NCBI GenBank assembly: GCA_017608345.1
Contig: JAFCGA010000004.1
Coordinates: forward strand, 57 to 64,056
Direction: 5' to 3'
Length of the DNA stretch: 64,000 nucleotides
Source: Candidatus Pacearchaeota archaeon
GTDB taxonomy: Archaea; Nanobdellota; Nanobdellia; UBA10117; JAFCGA01
Shown here: positions 54,764 to 64,000 of the stretch, piece after piece
Position numbering within the stretch: the first letter of the stretch is position 1
How the letters are laid out: the number at the start of each line of letters is the position of its first letter
Notes under the pieces: generated by a model
Told to the model about the DNA's origin: nothing
Databases searched by the model: none
What the model saw: the letters and a program-made list of their open reading frames with translations, nothing else
Made by a program: the position numbers and the translations under genes

Positions 54764-55120
54764 ATGCCGAATAAAAATTCTCTGAAGGAATTAAAATTGA
54801 AAGTAGCTGCTCAAAGAGTATTTTTCATCTCTATGATCTTAGCATTATTACTTGGTGCAGTATTTCCTGGAAACAAAATTGCCACCGCTCTCTTAATTAT
54901 CCTCGGGCTTGTGATCGGAGCGCTAAATATCACTGCCAAAGAAGTTAAGATGTTCTTGCTAGCCGCTGCAGTCTTAGTGCTAACATTTAGTACTTTTTAT
55001 GCTCTACCTCTCGGCGGAGCATTTATCAAAGGAATCTTAGAAAATATTTTATACTTAGTCTCTCCAGCTGCAGCATTGGTTGCATTTGGTGTTTTTTATG
55101 AACTTGCATCGAGCAGATAA
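54764..55120 (+). CDS. Small four-TM membrane protein
   Basis: 'LIILGLVIGALNITAKEVKMFLLAA...VSPAA' hydrophobic pattern. Confidence 0.7.
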   Translation: MPNKNSLKELKLKVAAQRVFFISMILALLLGAVFPGNKIATALLIILGLVIGALNITAKEVKMFLLAAAVLVLTFSTFYALPLGGAFIKGILENILYLVSPAAALVAFGVFYELASSR

Positions 55121-55166
55121 ATGCCCCAAAGCATAGTCTTTTATCTTTTACCAACGAGAGATATTT

Positions 55167-56459
55167 ATGAGTTTCCTAGCTAAGCTAAGGCAAAAACTAA
55201 AAGAAGCTCTAAACTCGGCAGAACCTGCTCCGAGAGAAGAGAAGAAAATAAAGCTATCTGAACTCGGAGAATTTGTTCACTCGAGTATTAAGACTGCGCG
55301 GGATAATGATCAGCAGAGAGCTCTACAGATCTCACAAGAGATTATTTCTAGCTTTAAAGAAATCGGAAATATTTCAGATCTACTTACAAATAAAGAACCA
55401 TATACAAAAGGCAAATTTCCTAGCCAGATTATTAGCTCTGGTCGCTCAAGCAAAGATTTTCTCTGCAGGCAAGTAGACATGATCTCTACGAAGATTACCT
55501 CGCCAGACAAAAAATATGAATCATTAGTCAAATTTAAGAAAACAGCATTCGACGCAATAATTCAGCTAAATCTCGACCCCAAGAAAGCTGAGTTGTTTAT
55601 GTTCTGCTTTGAAAAAGAAGCTGGACTAATAAGAAACAAACTCATTGATATTAAGAAAAACGTAGACCTCCTCGATGGGCTCTTGAACAAAAAGTCTGCT
55701 TTATTTAAATCAAATAAGCTGCAGATCAAACTCAATGAAGCGATTAAGATAGAAGGTGAGCTAAAAGAAGTTAGTAATAATTTAGATAGATTCTCTGATA
55801 AGCTAAATGTATTGGAAGAAAACAAGGAAAAGATTGAACAGAAAATTGGGAAATTAAGTGTAAGTCGTAAAGCAGAAGGATTAACTGCAGAGATTAGTTC
55901 CGCCCAGCAGAATAAAAAAGACTTGCTAAATAAACTATCAAATGAGTTTACGATTCTTAGGAAAGCTCTTAAGAAATATCAGCACGACGAGCCAAAGTCC
56001 ACTCGATCGAGATTAGCTAAATACATCGATGACTTCGCAGAAACATTGCTCGACGATTCTGAAATAAAGATATTTAGCGTAATAAATGAGCTTAGCACTG
56101 CAATAATTGAAAACAATATTTCATTAGATCTAAAATCAAAAGAGAAAGTGCTAGCCCTCATTAAATTGCTAACTAAAGACTATGTTAAGAACTTGCAAAA
56201 ACAATATACTGAAATAGTAGAAAAGCTAGATAAATTAGAACAACAAAAGAAGGATCTGTTAGCTCCAATTAAAACTAAACGAACTGAGCTAGAAAAACAG
56301 TTAAGAGAAACTTATGCTCAAGTTGTAGAACTCGCGCCGAAAATTAAAGCGAGGACAAAGCAAAAAGAAAGTAGAAATAACGAATTATCACAATTAAAAT
56401 CCGATGTTGAGAAGATAGCAAGTGATTTAACGCGAAGAAAAGTAATTTTGCTAAAATAG
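55167..56459 (+). CDS. Coiled-coil hypothetical protein
   Basis: 430 aa, Lys/Glu/Leu-rich heptads; no nucleotide-binding motif seen. Confidence 0.7.
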   Translation: MSFLAKLRQKLKEALNSAEPAPREEKKIKLSELGEFVHSSIKTARDNDQQRALQISQEIISSFKEIGNISDLLTNKEPYTKGKFPSQIISSGRSSKDFLCRQVDMISTKITSPDKKYESLVKFKKTAFDAIIQLNLDPKKAELFMFCFEKEAGLIRNKLIDIKKNVDLLDGLLNKKSALFKSNKLQIKLNEAIKIEGELKEVSNNLDRFSDKLNVLEENKEKIEQKIGKLSVSRKAEGLTAEISSAQQNKKDLLNKLSNEFTILRKALKKYQHDEPKSTRSRLAKYIDDFAETLLDDSEIKIFSVINELSTAIIENNISLDLKSKEKVLALIKLLTKDYVKNLQKQYTEIVEKLDKLEQQKKDLLAPIKTKRTELEKQLRETYAQVVELAPKIKARTKQKESRNNELSQLKSDVEKIASDLTRRKVILLK

Positions 56460-56502
56460 CTAAATTAGAAACCCTTTTAAGATTATTCTACTTCAAAGTA
56501 GT

Positions 56503-56841
56503 ATGCAAGTAGCTATTTTAACTAAGCTGGAAGACGGTTCGTTTAAACCGCAAAAAGTAGAAATTGAGAGTGAATTATCTGCAAGAACTATGTTGACCTC
56601 TCCTGAGAAATTCTTTGTGTGTACAAAATCGTGTAACGGAACGTATCATCCAGTATTTAGCGAACTTTCGGGTATTTTAGCTGAACATAAAAAGCAGCCG
56701 AATGGACTATCACGAACAATAATTAACAAGCTTGGACTAGATGAAGATCTGCACGGAAAGCGGTTTGTTGTTTTCGCTAACGGAAAAGAAGTGCACTTAC
56801 TCGGCGATGTGGTCACTGCGTCTAAGAAGCTAAGTAAGTGA
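56503..56841 (+). CDS. Hypothetical protein
   Basis: 112-aa ORF with upstream TTTTAAG TATA-like element. Confidence 0.55.
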   Translation: MQVAILTKLEDGSFKPQKVEIESELSARTMLTSPEKFFVCTKSCNGTYHPVFSELSGILAEHKKQPNGLSRTIINKLGLDEDLHGKRFVVFANGKEVHLLGDVVTASKKLSK

Positions 56842-56888
56842 CTTTGTTCTGAACAATTCTTTTTATACGCTATCCTTCGAATAATTAT

Positions 56889-57953
56889 ATGACTGAAAAG
56901 TATGGCGAAGCTATCTCCATAGCAAAAAGCGAGAGCGAAAAAAAGTTCATCTATGAGCATTATATCTGTGGAGAGCCAGAGGAGATTGTTTCTAAGCTAG
57001 CTGTTGAGCCGGTGCTTCGTTCTGCGATTTTATCTTTAATATCTGCTGGATTTGTTCGAACGGAAGCGGAATTGTTAGAATTCTTTGAGTCTACGTTCTA
57101 CGGCCATCAGTACAAAGATGATTTTGGCTTGATGGTTAAGATCTCCGATGTTGTTAAGTTGCTTGCGCTTTACGAATTTATTCTGGTTGTTGGCAAAAAG
57201 CTAGAGCCGACGCGGTTGGGTAAAAGAGTCTCTGAACTTTATTTAGATCCAAATTCAGCATTTCATATGATTCGGCACTTTAAGAAAGCAACTAGCGGAG
57301 GTGAGGTTTTCTCTTATTTAAATCTGATTTCAAATACTGTTGAGATGCGTCCGTTGCTTAGACTCCGCAAGGGAGATGGGGACTGGATCCAAGAGGAGCT
57401 GGCGGAAAAGGAAGATATTATTTTTGAGAGGATTCCGAAAGAGTGGGAGGTTGAATTTGGAGAATTTATCAATTCTTTCAAGACTGCATTGCTTTTGGAG
57501 GATTGGATAAGCGAAAAATCAGAGGAGTTTATCTTAGATAAATACGACCTCCGACCGGGCGGAGTTCACGTTAAGATTGCTAATGCTAAATGGCTGCTTT
57601 ATTCTGCGTCTGAGCTGGCTAGGCTTTTAGAGCTGCGAGAAGTTCAGAACAAAGTTAGGGAAACGCTAGTTAGAGTTCAGCATGGAATCAGAACTGAATT
57701 ACTTGCTCTGGTTAAATTGCGAGGAATCGGTAGATGGCGAGCTAGGAAGCTGTTTTCTAAAGGATTTAAGACGATCAAAGATCTAAAAGCTGCAGATGTT
57801 TCAGAATTAGCGCAGCTAATTGGTTCTAAGAATGCTATTAATGTTAAAGAACAGCTCGGGCAGAAGGTTAAAAACATTAGAACGGTTAAGAAGATTATTG
57901 AGAAGAAAGAAATGGTTAAAAAGGGACAAGTTGACTTAACTGCGTGGAGTTAA
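56889..57953 (+). CDS. hel308: Hel308/Ski2-like helicase, C-terminal half (end of RecA2, winged helix, ratchet, HhH)
   Basis: Begins 'MTEKYGEAISIAK...GEPEEIVSKL'; 'PTRLGKRVSELYLDP', 'FKTALLLEDWISE', 'RPGG...WLLYS', 'RVQHGIRTELLALVKLRGIGRWRARKL'. Confidence 0.9.
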   Translation: MTEKYGEAISIAKSESEKKFIYEHYICGEPEEIVSKLAVEPVLRSAILSLISAGFVRTEAELLEFFESTFYGHQYKDDFGLMVKISDVVKLLALYEFILVVGKKLEPTRLGKRVSELYLDPNSAFHMIRHFKKATSGGEVFSYLNLISNTVEMRPLLRLRKGDGDWIQEELAEKEDIIFERIPKEWEVEFGEFINSFKTALLLEDWISEKSEEFILDKYDLRPGGVHVKIANAKWLLYSASELARLLELREVQNKVRETLVRVQHGIRTELLALVKLRGIGRWRARKLFSKGFKTIKDLKAADVSELAQLIGSKNAINVKEQLGQKVKNIRTVKKIIEKKEMVKKGQVDLTAWS

Positions 57954-58032
57954 AGCGAATCAAAATTCGCTTTCTCTCAACCAAATCGGAACTAGTTCCG
58001 ATTGGCCACGCGAACAAAGTTCGCTTGGTCAC
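57954..58032. repeat. Multi-hairpin intergenic repeat (dispersed family)
   Basis: AGCGAAT/ATTCGCT, ATCGGAACTAGTTCCGAT followed by TGGCCA, GCGAAC/GTTCGC. Confidence 0.7.
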
Positions 58033-58048
58033 AAGTGATTAAGATAAG

Positions 58049-58942
58049 ATGGAAAAAGAGATTCTAGATAAGTACATCAAAGCAGGCAACATAGTTAAAA
58101 AAGTCAAAGAATATGCTAAAACGCTTGTTAAAGATGGAGCGCTAGCTGTTGATGTTGCTGATAAAGTTGATGCGAAGATTGTAGAGCTAGGCGGAAAGCC
58201 AGCTTTTCCAGCCGACATTTCAATAAACGAGATTGCTGCTCACTATTGCCCAAGATTTAAGGATAAGCTAGTTATCAAAAGCGGAGACTTGGTTAAGGTA
58301 GATTTAGGAGTTCATATTGATGGTTATTTAGTTGACACTGCGATATCCATCTCGGCGGGCAAGAATGCTGGGAATGAAGAATTAATAGCGGCTGCGCATG
58401 CTGCTTTATCTATTGGGATTAAAACTGCTAAGCCAGGCGTGCAAGTAAGAGAGATTGGCAAAGCCATTCAGGAAGAGATTTCTCGGCGCGGCTTTCAAAC
58501 TATTCGCAACTTATCGGGCCACGGCGTAGATCAATGGGTCGTACACACCTCGCCGACAATCCCTAACTTTGACAATGGCGACAAACGCGAGCTAAAAGAA
58601 GGGGACATAATTGCTATCGAGCCTTTTCCGTCAACTGGCGAGGGCATTGTAGTCGAGGGCAAGGATTCTGAAGTCTACGAAGTAGTCAGCGAAGGCAACA
58701 TAAGAACTGGCCGAGATGTTTTGGAATATGTTTTCGAAGAATTTGAAACTCTACCCTTCTGCAAAAGACAATTAATAAATAAGTTCGGCGCTCTGAAGGC
58801 TCCGCTAGCGATTAAGCAGATGCTTTCTTCAGGGATTATTAAAGAATTTAAAGTATTGAGAGAGAAAAATCAAAATAGTAAGGTTGCTCAAGCTGAGCAC
58901 ACTTTAATAATACAAGAAAAAGGAAATAAAATACTAACGTAG
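58049..58942 (+). CDS. map: Methionine aminopeptidase, type II
   Basis: 'KPAFP...INEIAAHY', 'KVDLGVHIDGYLVDTA', 'NLSGHG', 'AIEPF', 'VAQAEHT'. Confidence 0.96.
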   Translation: MEKEILDKYIKAGNIVKKVKEYAKTLVKDGALAVDVADKVDAKIVELGGKPAFPADISINEIAAHYCPRFKDKLVIKSGDLVKVDLGVHIDGYLVDTAISISAGKNAGNEELIAAAHAALSIGIKTAKPGVQVREIGKAIQEEISRRGFQTIRNLSGHGVDQWVVHTSPTIPNFDNGDKRELKEGDIIAIEPFPSTGEGIVVEGKDSEVYEVVSEGNIRTGRDVLEYVFEEFETLPFCKRQLINKFGALKAPLAIKQMLSSGIIKEFKVLREKNQNSKVAQAEHTLIIQEKGNKILT

Positions 58943-59875
58943 TCTAGGAAACTCAATTCTTTCAAAGTAGCTTAGTATTCTATTTATTATTCCCACAACG
59001 TCATGGCATTTACTATTTGAGCAGAAGTTAGATTTGCATTCATAATTATTATCGCAATCCTTTCTCGTATCTTTTTGACTATGCCAGTCGCTATCTATTC
59101 CGCAATAGGCTTTTTTATCTTCGCGAGTAGCTCTCATTCCTTGTGCTACGCAGTTGCCATCCAGTAAGCAGCCCTTAGCCTCACAAGCTTGTTCCGCTAG
59201 AGGTTCTGGTGCTATATATTTTAAGCAAACTTGAGTAGAATCTCTACCTGCCAGGTATTCCCCTTCTTCCATCTCTAATATTTCATCCAAGCAAATCCGC
59301 AGGTCAAGGACAATATCAGACTCGCCTTCTGCTAGAGGTCTAGTAAATTCAGTTTCTCCTTCAGAACTAACTTCGAATATTGCCGTATCATAATCTATTA
59401 ACGTCGATTCTACCCTCCACTCGATACCGTCAATTGTAAAAGTCCTAGCTTCAGATTCATATCCAACGCATGAATTCTCTGCATACAATCCTTCCCTAAG
59501 ATCACAATCAGTACAATCGCTCCCACTAACGCTTAGAAAAATAGGAAGATCACTAGAAGTTATAGTATCATGTGGCTCACTTACTGCATACATATCTAAA
59601 TTTAATCCTTCAGTTAAGGCCGAGGTGGTTGTAGTAGTTGAGGCATACTCACAACCCGGATCTTCCGCAATCGGTCCAGGAAGATTAGTAAGTACACACG
59701 TTGTCTCAGGATGCGGAGAGCAATATATACTCATCTCGCACGCTTGTTGATCATATGCTAAATCACTACAAAGCTGCGAATATTTAGTAAGATCTGTATC
59801 TGCGCTAACACTAGCAGCACTCAATCCAATCATCAGCGTAATCAAAATTCCTAAAAAAACTAATTTGATTTTCAT
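58934..59875 (-). CDS. Secreted Cys-rich hypothetical protein
   Basis: Signal peptide; acidic, Cys-rich body; C-terminal 'CDNNYECKSNFCSNSKC'. Confidence 0.7.
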   Translation of the reverse strand: MKIKLVFLGILITLMIGLSAASVSADTDLTKYSQLCSDLAYDQQACEMSIYCSPHPETTCVLTNLPGPIAEDPGCEYASTTTTTSALTEGLNLDMYAVSEPHDTITSSDLPIFLSVSGSDCTDCDLREGLYAENSCVGYESEARTFTIDGIEWRVESTLIDYDTAIFEVSSEGETEFTRPLAEGESDIVLDLRICLDEILEMEEGEYLAGRDSTQVCLKYIAPEPLAEQACEAKGCLLDGNCVAQGMRATREDKKAYCGIDSDWHSQKDTRKDCDNNYECKSNFCSNSKCHDVVGIINRILSYFERIEFPRLR

Positions 59876-59911
59876 GTACTACTAACGCAAGCAAAACTTA
59901 AAAGCCTATTT

Positions 59912-60089
59912 CTAATCTGAGAACTCGACGGCTGCAGTAAGCAGCCTTATTTCCGAGCGTAGCGAGCTATAATCCTGTAGCGAACTGTCCAGTGAGCGTC
60001 TATTTCGAAGCTCCGAAGGAGCTGAGCAAGACGCTTTTCTTTCTTGGACACCTAGTTCTTTCTTTTCGCAAAAGAAAGAAATGGTTGGA
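59912..60089. repeat. Multi-hairpin intergenic repeat (dispersed family) downstream of cdc48
   Basis: AGCTCC/GGAGCT, TTCTTTCTTTT-CGC-AAAAGAAAGAA, TTTCTTGGACACCTAGTTCTTTC (matches 54157-54190 reverse complement). Confidence 0.65.
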
Positions 60090-62369
60090 TCAACCCATAT
60101 ACTCGGGAACAATAGCTCCGCCACATTTAGCAGCTTTCATCGCTGCCTGATACTTCGCTAGATCTCCATTACAAATAGAAGACTTAACTTCTTTCATAGC
60201 TGCATCAAAGTGCTTTTTCTTAACCTCTTTAGCGCTCATGTTTTCGCGAAGAGCTCTCATTGCTGCTTCTCGGCAAAGTCCTTCAATATCTGCACCTGAA
60301 AAGTTCACGGTTTTATTAGCTAAGTCCATTAATTTAACATCTTTTGTCAGCGGCATCGAATCAGTATGAACCTTAAACACAGCTAGCCGCGCCTTCTGAT
60401 CTGGAGGCATAATTAATACTTGCCGATCAAACCGTCCCGGGCGAAGGAGAGCTGGATCAACTAGCTCTGGCCGATTTGTAGCTGCAATTACAACCACGTC
60501 AGTTAGTTCTTCAAGACCATCCATCTCGGAAAGAATCTGATTAACAACTTTCTCATTAACTTTTGATCCATCCATTCCTCCTCGCGCAGATGCAATCGAA
60601 TCTATCTCATCAAAAAATACTATCGCTGGTGAAACTTGCCTAGCTTTCTCAAAGATCTTTCTAATAGCTTTCTCTGATTCTCCAACCCACTTTGAGAAGA
60701 CTTCGGGACCTTTTACTGAAATAAAATTAGCATTAGATTCTGTAGCTACGGCTCTAGCTAAAAGTGTCTTACCGCATCCAGGGGGACCATATAATAGAAC
60801 TCCTTTTGGTGGTCTGATTCCCAGTCTGCTAAAACTATCTGGGTTTTTCAGCGGCCATTCAACAGCTTCCTTTAATTCTTGCTTGGCTTTTGCTAAACCG
60901 CCGACGGAGTCCCAAGGAACCTTCGGAGCCTCAACTAGCACCTCTCGCATAGCAGAGGGTCTAACGGTTTTCAGACCTTCCTTGAAGTCCCGCTTTCTAA
61001 CTGTCAGTTTCGCTAGGAATTCTTCTGGAATCTTTTCTTCTTCCTTAAATTTGAAACCAGAAATGTTCTTACGTAATACGCTCATTGCAGCTTCCTTGCA
61101 TAGCGCTTCTAGATCTGCTCCGACAAATCCGTGGGTAATCTCAGCTAGCTCTTTCAAATTAACGTCTTTAGCTAAAGGCATATTTCGAGTATGAATCTTA
61201 AGAATATCTAATCTACCTTCCTTGTTAGGTATACCAATCTCTATTTCTCGATCAAATCTTCCACCTCTTCGAAGAGCAGGATCAAGAGCATCTGGTCGAT
61301 TAGTAGCTGCGATAACAATGACTTTTTCTCTGCTCTTTAAACCATCCATTAAAGCTAGCAACTGAGCTACAACTCTGCGCTCAACTTCACCATAGGACTC
61401 CTCTCGCTTAGGTGCTATTGAATCGATCTCGTCTATGAAAATTATCGAGGGTGAATTCTTTTCAGCATCTTCAAAAAGCTGACGGAGTTTCTTTTCAGCT
61501 TCACCATAAAATTTATTCATAATAGCTGGAGCATCTAAGTGGATAAAATGTGCTTGAGTTTCATTAGCCACGGCCTTTGCTAGAAGAGTTTTACCGGTAC
61601 CTGGCGGTCCGAATAATAGAATTCCCTTAGGGGGTTTTATACCTAATCGCTGGAAAATCTCTGGGTGCTTTAGCGGAAGCTCGATTATCTCTCGAACTTT
61701 CTTGACTTCTTCTTCTAAACCACCAATGTCCTCGTAGGCCACTTCTGGAACAACTTCCTCTTTTAATTCTACAGGTTCTGATTTTATGTCTAGCTTTGTG
61801 TCTTCAGTTATTATTACAGCTTCCTTCGGAGTTGTATTTACAACTTGAAATTTTAATCCACCAAAACCAAACGAGCCCATATTTGCTCCAAGATCCCCTT
61901 CTCCAAAAGCCATCCTGAAAATATCATCAAACGAACCCATCGACATAGTCTGTCTACGTCTGCGCGTTCCGCCCAGTGAAATTATATCCCGCTTTGAGAC
62001 TGCGCGACCCAATAGAGAACGTTTAAAGATATCCTTGCCACCGGAAATCATAATTTTCGCACCAATTGGAGCAATAGTTACTTGCTTAGCAGGCCTTATT
62101 TCAGCTTTTCTAACAGATACTTTCTCACCAATAGATGTACTTGCATTACGTCGGGTTAGCGAATCGGCACGTATTATTGCCAAACCCATATCTGCAGGAA
62201 ATGCTCTCCCAGCAATAGCAACCGTCTTTTTTTCACCCTGAATTTCGACGATCTCACCTTGCTGGATACCGATTTTCCGCATAATTTGAGAATCTATTCT
62301 AACAATACCTTTGTTAACATCATCTTGCTGCGCTTCTGCAACTTTTAGTGATAATTCTGGAATTGCCAT
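60090..62369 (-). CDS. cdc48: CDC48/VCP family AAA+ ATPase
   Basis: N-domain '[10 protein letters not shown]'; two AAA modules 'GPPGTGKT...IFIDEID' and 'GPPGCGKT...VFFDEID'; '[11 protein letters not shown]', 'LLRPGRFDR'; C-terminal 'YMG'. Confidence 0.97.
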   Translation of the reverse strand: MAIPELSLKVAEAQQDDVNKGIVRIDSQIMRKIGIQQGEIVEIQGEKKTVAIAGRAFPADMGLAIIRADSLTRRNASTSIGEKVSVRKAEIRPAKQVTIAPIGAKIMISGGKDIFKRSLLGRAVSKRDIISLGGTRRRRQTMSMGSFDDIFRMAFGEGDLGANMGSFGFGGLKFQVVNTTPKEAVIITEDTKLDIKSEPVELKEEVVPEVAYEDIGGLEEEVKKVREIIELPLKHPEIFQRLGIKPPKGILLFGPPGTGKTLLAKAVANETQAHFIHLDAPAIMNKFYGEAEKKLRQLFEDAEKNSPSIIFIDEIDSIAPKREESYGEVERRVVAQLLALMDGLKSREKVIVIAATNRPDALDPALRRGGRFDREIEIGIPNKEGRLDILKIHTRNMPLAKDVNLKELAEITHGFVGADLEALCKEAAMSVLRKNISGFKFKEEEKIPEEFLAKLTVRKRDFKEGLKTVRPSAMREVLVEAPKVPWDSVGGLAKAKQELKEAVEWPLKNPDSFSRLGIRPPKGVLLYGPPGCGKTLLARAVATESNANFISVKGPEVFSKWVGESEKAIRKIFEKARQVSPAIVFFDEIDSIASARGGMDGSKVNEKVVNQILSEMDGLEELTDVVVIAATNRPELVDPALLRPGRFDRQVLIMPPDQKARLAVFKVHTDSMPLTKDVKLMDLANKTVNFSGADIEGLCREAAMRALRENMSAKEVKKKHFDAAMKEVKSSICNGDLAKYQAAMKAAKCGGAIVPEYMG

Positions 62370-62555
62370 CTTGGTTTCCTTTCCTAGACTGTATCTAGGA
62401 AACTAAGACACAAGGAAGCTTTGCTTCCGACGTGTGAACTATACAAACTAAGTAATCAAAAGGTTAAAAAGGTTGAGAGTGGAAGCTCTTACTTAACGAT
62501 TATCACTCCTACTGAGCGAAGAAATCCTTTTTAATCTTGCTTTGTTGCGATCTAC

Positions 62556-64000
62556 ATGGTGAAAATTCTACACCAAGCAATTGGTCCCAATTGCTTAGTT
62601 CCGGGCTTACCTTACGATTCAGATACTTCAACATTTATTGAATCTAAAATACTCGATGATGTTCCTACGCGTAATGAGATGTATGACTTATTAAAAAAAT
62701 CCCGCGAAGATACTATGACTATCGCATGGACAAAGCATGTTCTTCAAGGATTTAAAATATATGTGCCTTCCACGTTTAAAATGACTACCTATAATATGCC
62801 TGCGAGCCTGACTGAAAACTTATTTAATACAGCTACAGATTGGATACCCGAGAACACGCGCATGCTTTTGCAGATACAGGCAGAAATTGAAACTAAATTT
62901 GCTACTCTAGATGCTGCGGTGATTAATCGGAGAAAGACTCCGGGAAATTTAGGAACAATAACCAATAAAGCACATACTGCGAATAGAATTTATAATATTG
63001 GAAGAATATATAATCATCTTAAGGAACGCGAGACACCACTGCTATTCGGCCTAACTAGAGATATTGCTACATGGGATGCGGCGTTATTGGAAATTAAATT
63101 ACTTGCTATAGAATTCACTAAAGAAGTCCCAACGGGTCCAAGAGAATACAATCATTCGACAACACAGGCAGAATTAACGGATAAAATAATAAGCAGAGAC
63201 TATCCTTATGTAGATTGGCTAGAAAATAAATTAAAAGACAATTTAGTCAGAATATTATTATATGGCTCAGCTGCGAGAACAAATGATCCAAGCCTTTTTG
63301 GTGACTTTGATAATTGGGTTGTAGTAGATGATATCAGTGCAGCGTATGAAGTATTAACTAGAACTGCTCCAGCAGTAAGAATTCTCGGTGACGGTACGCG
63401 GAAAGTAATTGAGGGCTGCTTTGATCCAGATCCAAAAGATAAAAACCTAAAACCTGTCGGGATTCATGTACTATTAAACGATCACGATTATGAAGAACGA
63501 CATATTCGGGCGTTACATGATTCTGAAGAATTTAGAATGCACACAAAGCCACTCCGCGGAGAATTTGTCTTCCCAAAAGTAGCCTTAGATGAATTAACTA
63601 ACAGAGGACTGTGTCAATCGCATATCAAACTTAAAACTGGATCGGGAGGAGCAAGCTGGGCGTATAATTCTCCGGAGAAAATATTAGGGAAAGAACCACT
63701 ATTTGCATTTTTTGCAAAAATTCCACGTTTCGCGCTACAGCACGGTCTTACTGCAATGGAAGGTCCGGGATTTAGAGATAAACAAGAACTAGACCGACGA
63801 CTTGCAGAAAAAGGCATATTTATTCCAAAGTATAAAGCTGATGCAGATTATATTCGACGCTCATTAATAGACTCTACTGTGGCAAGCTTCATAGTACAGA
63901 AAGAGATAATAGAACATGGTATAGAGCCTTCTTTTGATTTCTTAAGCCATCACAGTAAGCTACTTGAAACAGACTTAAACTGGGCAGAATTAGATGTATT
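62556..64000 (+). CDS. Putative Pol-beta-superfamily nucleotidyltransferase-domain protein (3'-truncated; absent from the ORF track)
   Basis: My translation is open from ATG 62556 to the window end (>480 aa) and contains 'VRILLYGSAARTNDPSLFGDFDNWVVVDD' (hGS-x-DxD). Confidence 0.7.
   Translation, partial: MVKILHQAIGPNCLVPGLPYDSDTSTFIESKILDDVPTRNEMYDLLKKSREDTMTIAWTKHVLQGFKIYVPSTFKMTTYNMPASLTENLFNTATDWIPENTRMLLQIQAEIETKFATLDAAVINRRKTPGNLGTITNKAHTANRIYNIGRIYNHLKERETPLLFGLTRDIATWDAALLEIKLLAIEFTKEVPTGPREYNHSTTQAELTDKIISRDYPYVDWLENKLKDNLVRILLYGSAARTNDPSLFGDFDNWVVVDDISAAYEVLTRTAPAVRILGDGTRKVIEGCFDPDPKDKNLKPVGIHVLLNDHDYEERHIRALHDSEEFRMHTKPLRGEFVFPKVALDELTNRGLCQSHIKLKTGSGGASWAYNSPEKILGKEPLFAFFAKIPRFALQHGLTAMEGPGFRDKQELDRRLAEKGIFIPKYKADADYIRRSLIDSTVASFIVQKEIIEHGIEPSFDFLSHHSKLLETDLNWAELDV

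Noticed and set aside
30880-56900. Site-specific invertible (phase-variable) segment
   Set aside because: No long inverted repeats at the junctions (only 6 bp shared) and no recombinase nearby; a fixed historical rearrangement is more likely.
59912-60124. 70-aa minus-strand ORF after cdc48
   Set aside because: It runs through a palindromic repeat element and has no protein-like features.

Overview
Archaeal DNA, most likely from a DPANN/Nanoarchaeota-type lineage (inferred from FEN1, Hel308, CDC48, aEF-1beta with its DUF1610 zinc finger, archaeal TrpRS, PGF-pre-PGF surface proteins and a multi-intron tRNA). The first 24.8 kb is the 3' part of a giant (>8,270 aa) surface protein with about 21 LamG-like domains. 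One of its repeats carries a 402-aa intein (4782-5987). In place of a homing endonuclease, the intein holds a three-gene toxin-antitoxin operon (RHH, RHH, RelE/YafQ-like) on the opposite strand, with its own TATA box and palindromic operator, while the host frame stays open. This is the top finding. Next comes a tryptophan-centred cluster: a tRNA-Trp with two non-canonical introns, an M14 peptidase, an Asp/Glu racemase that lacks an in-frame start, and trpS. Two copies of a mini-ORF MxxGxYPWQ* lie in this cluster, suggesting +1 frameshifting at CCC-UGG. Hel308 is split into two opposite-strand genes about 25 kb apart. A type IV pilus-like locus includes four pilin-Kelch paralogues. The rest is housekeeping genes and a dispersed family of multi-hairpin intergenic repeats. 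All calls come from reading motifs; no database searches were run.
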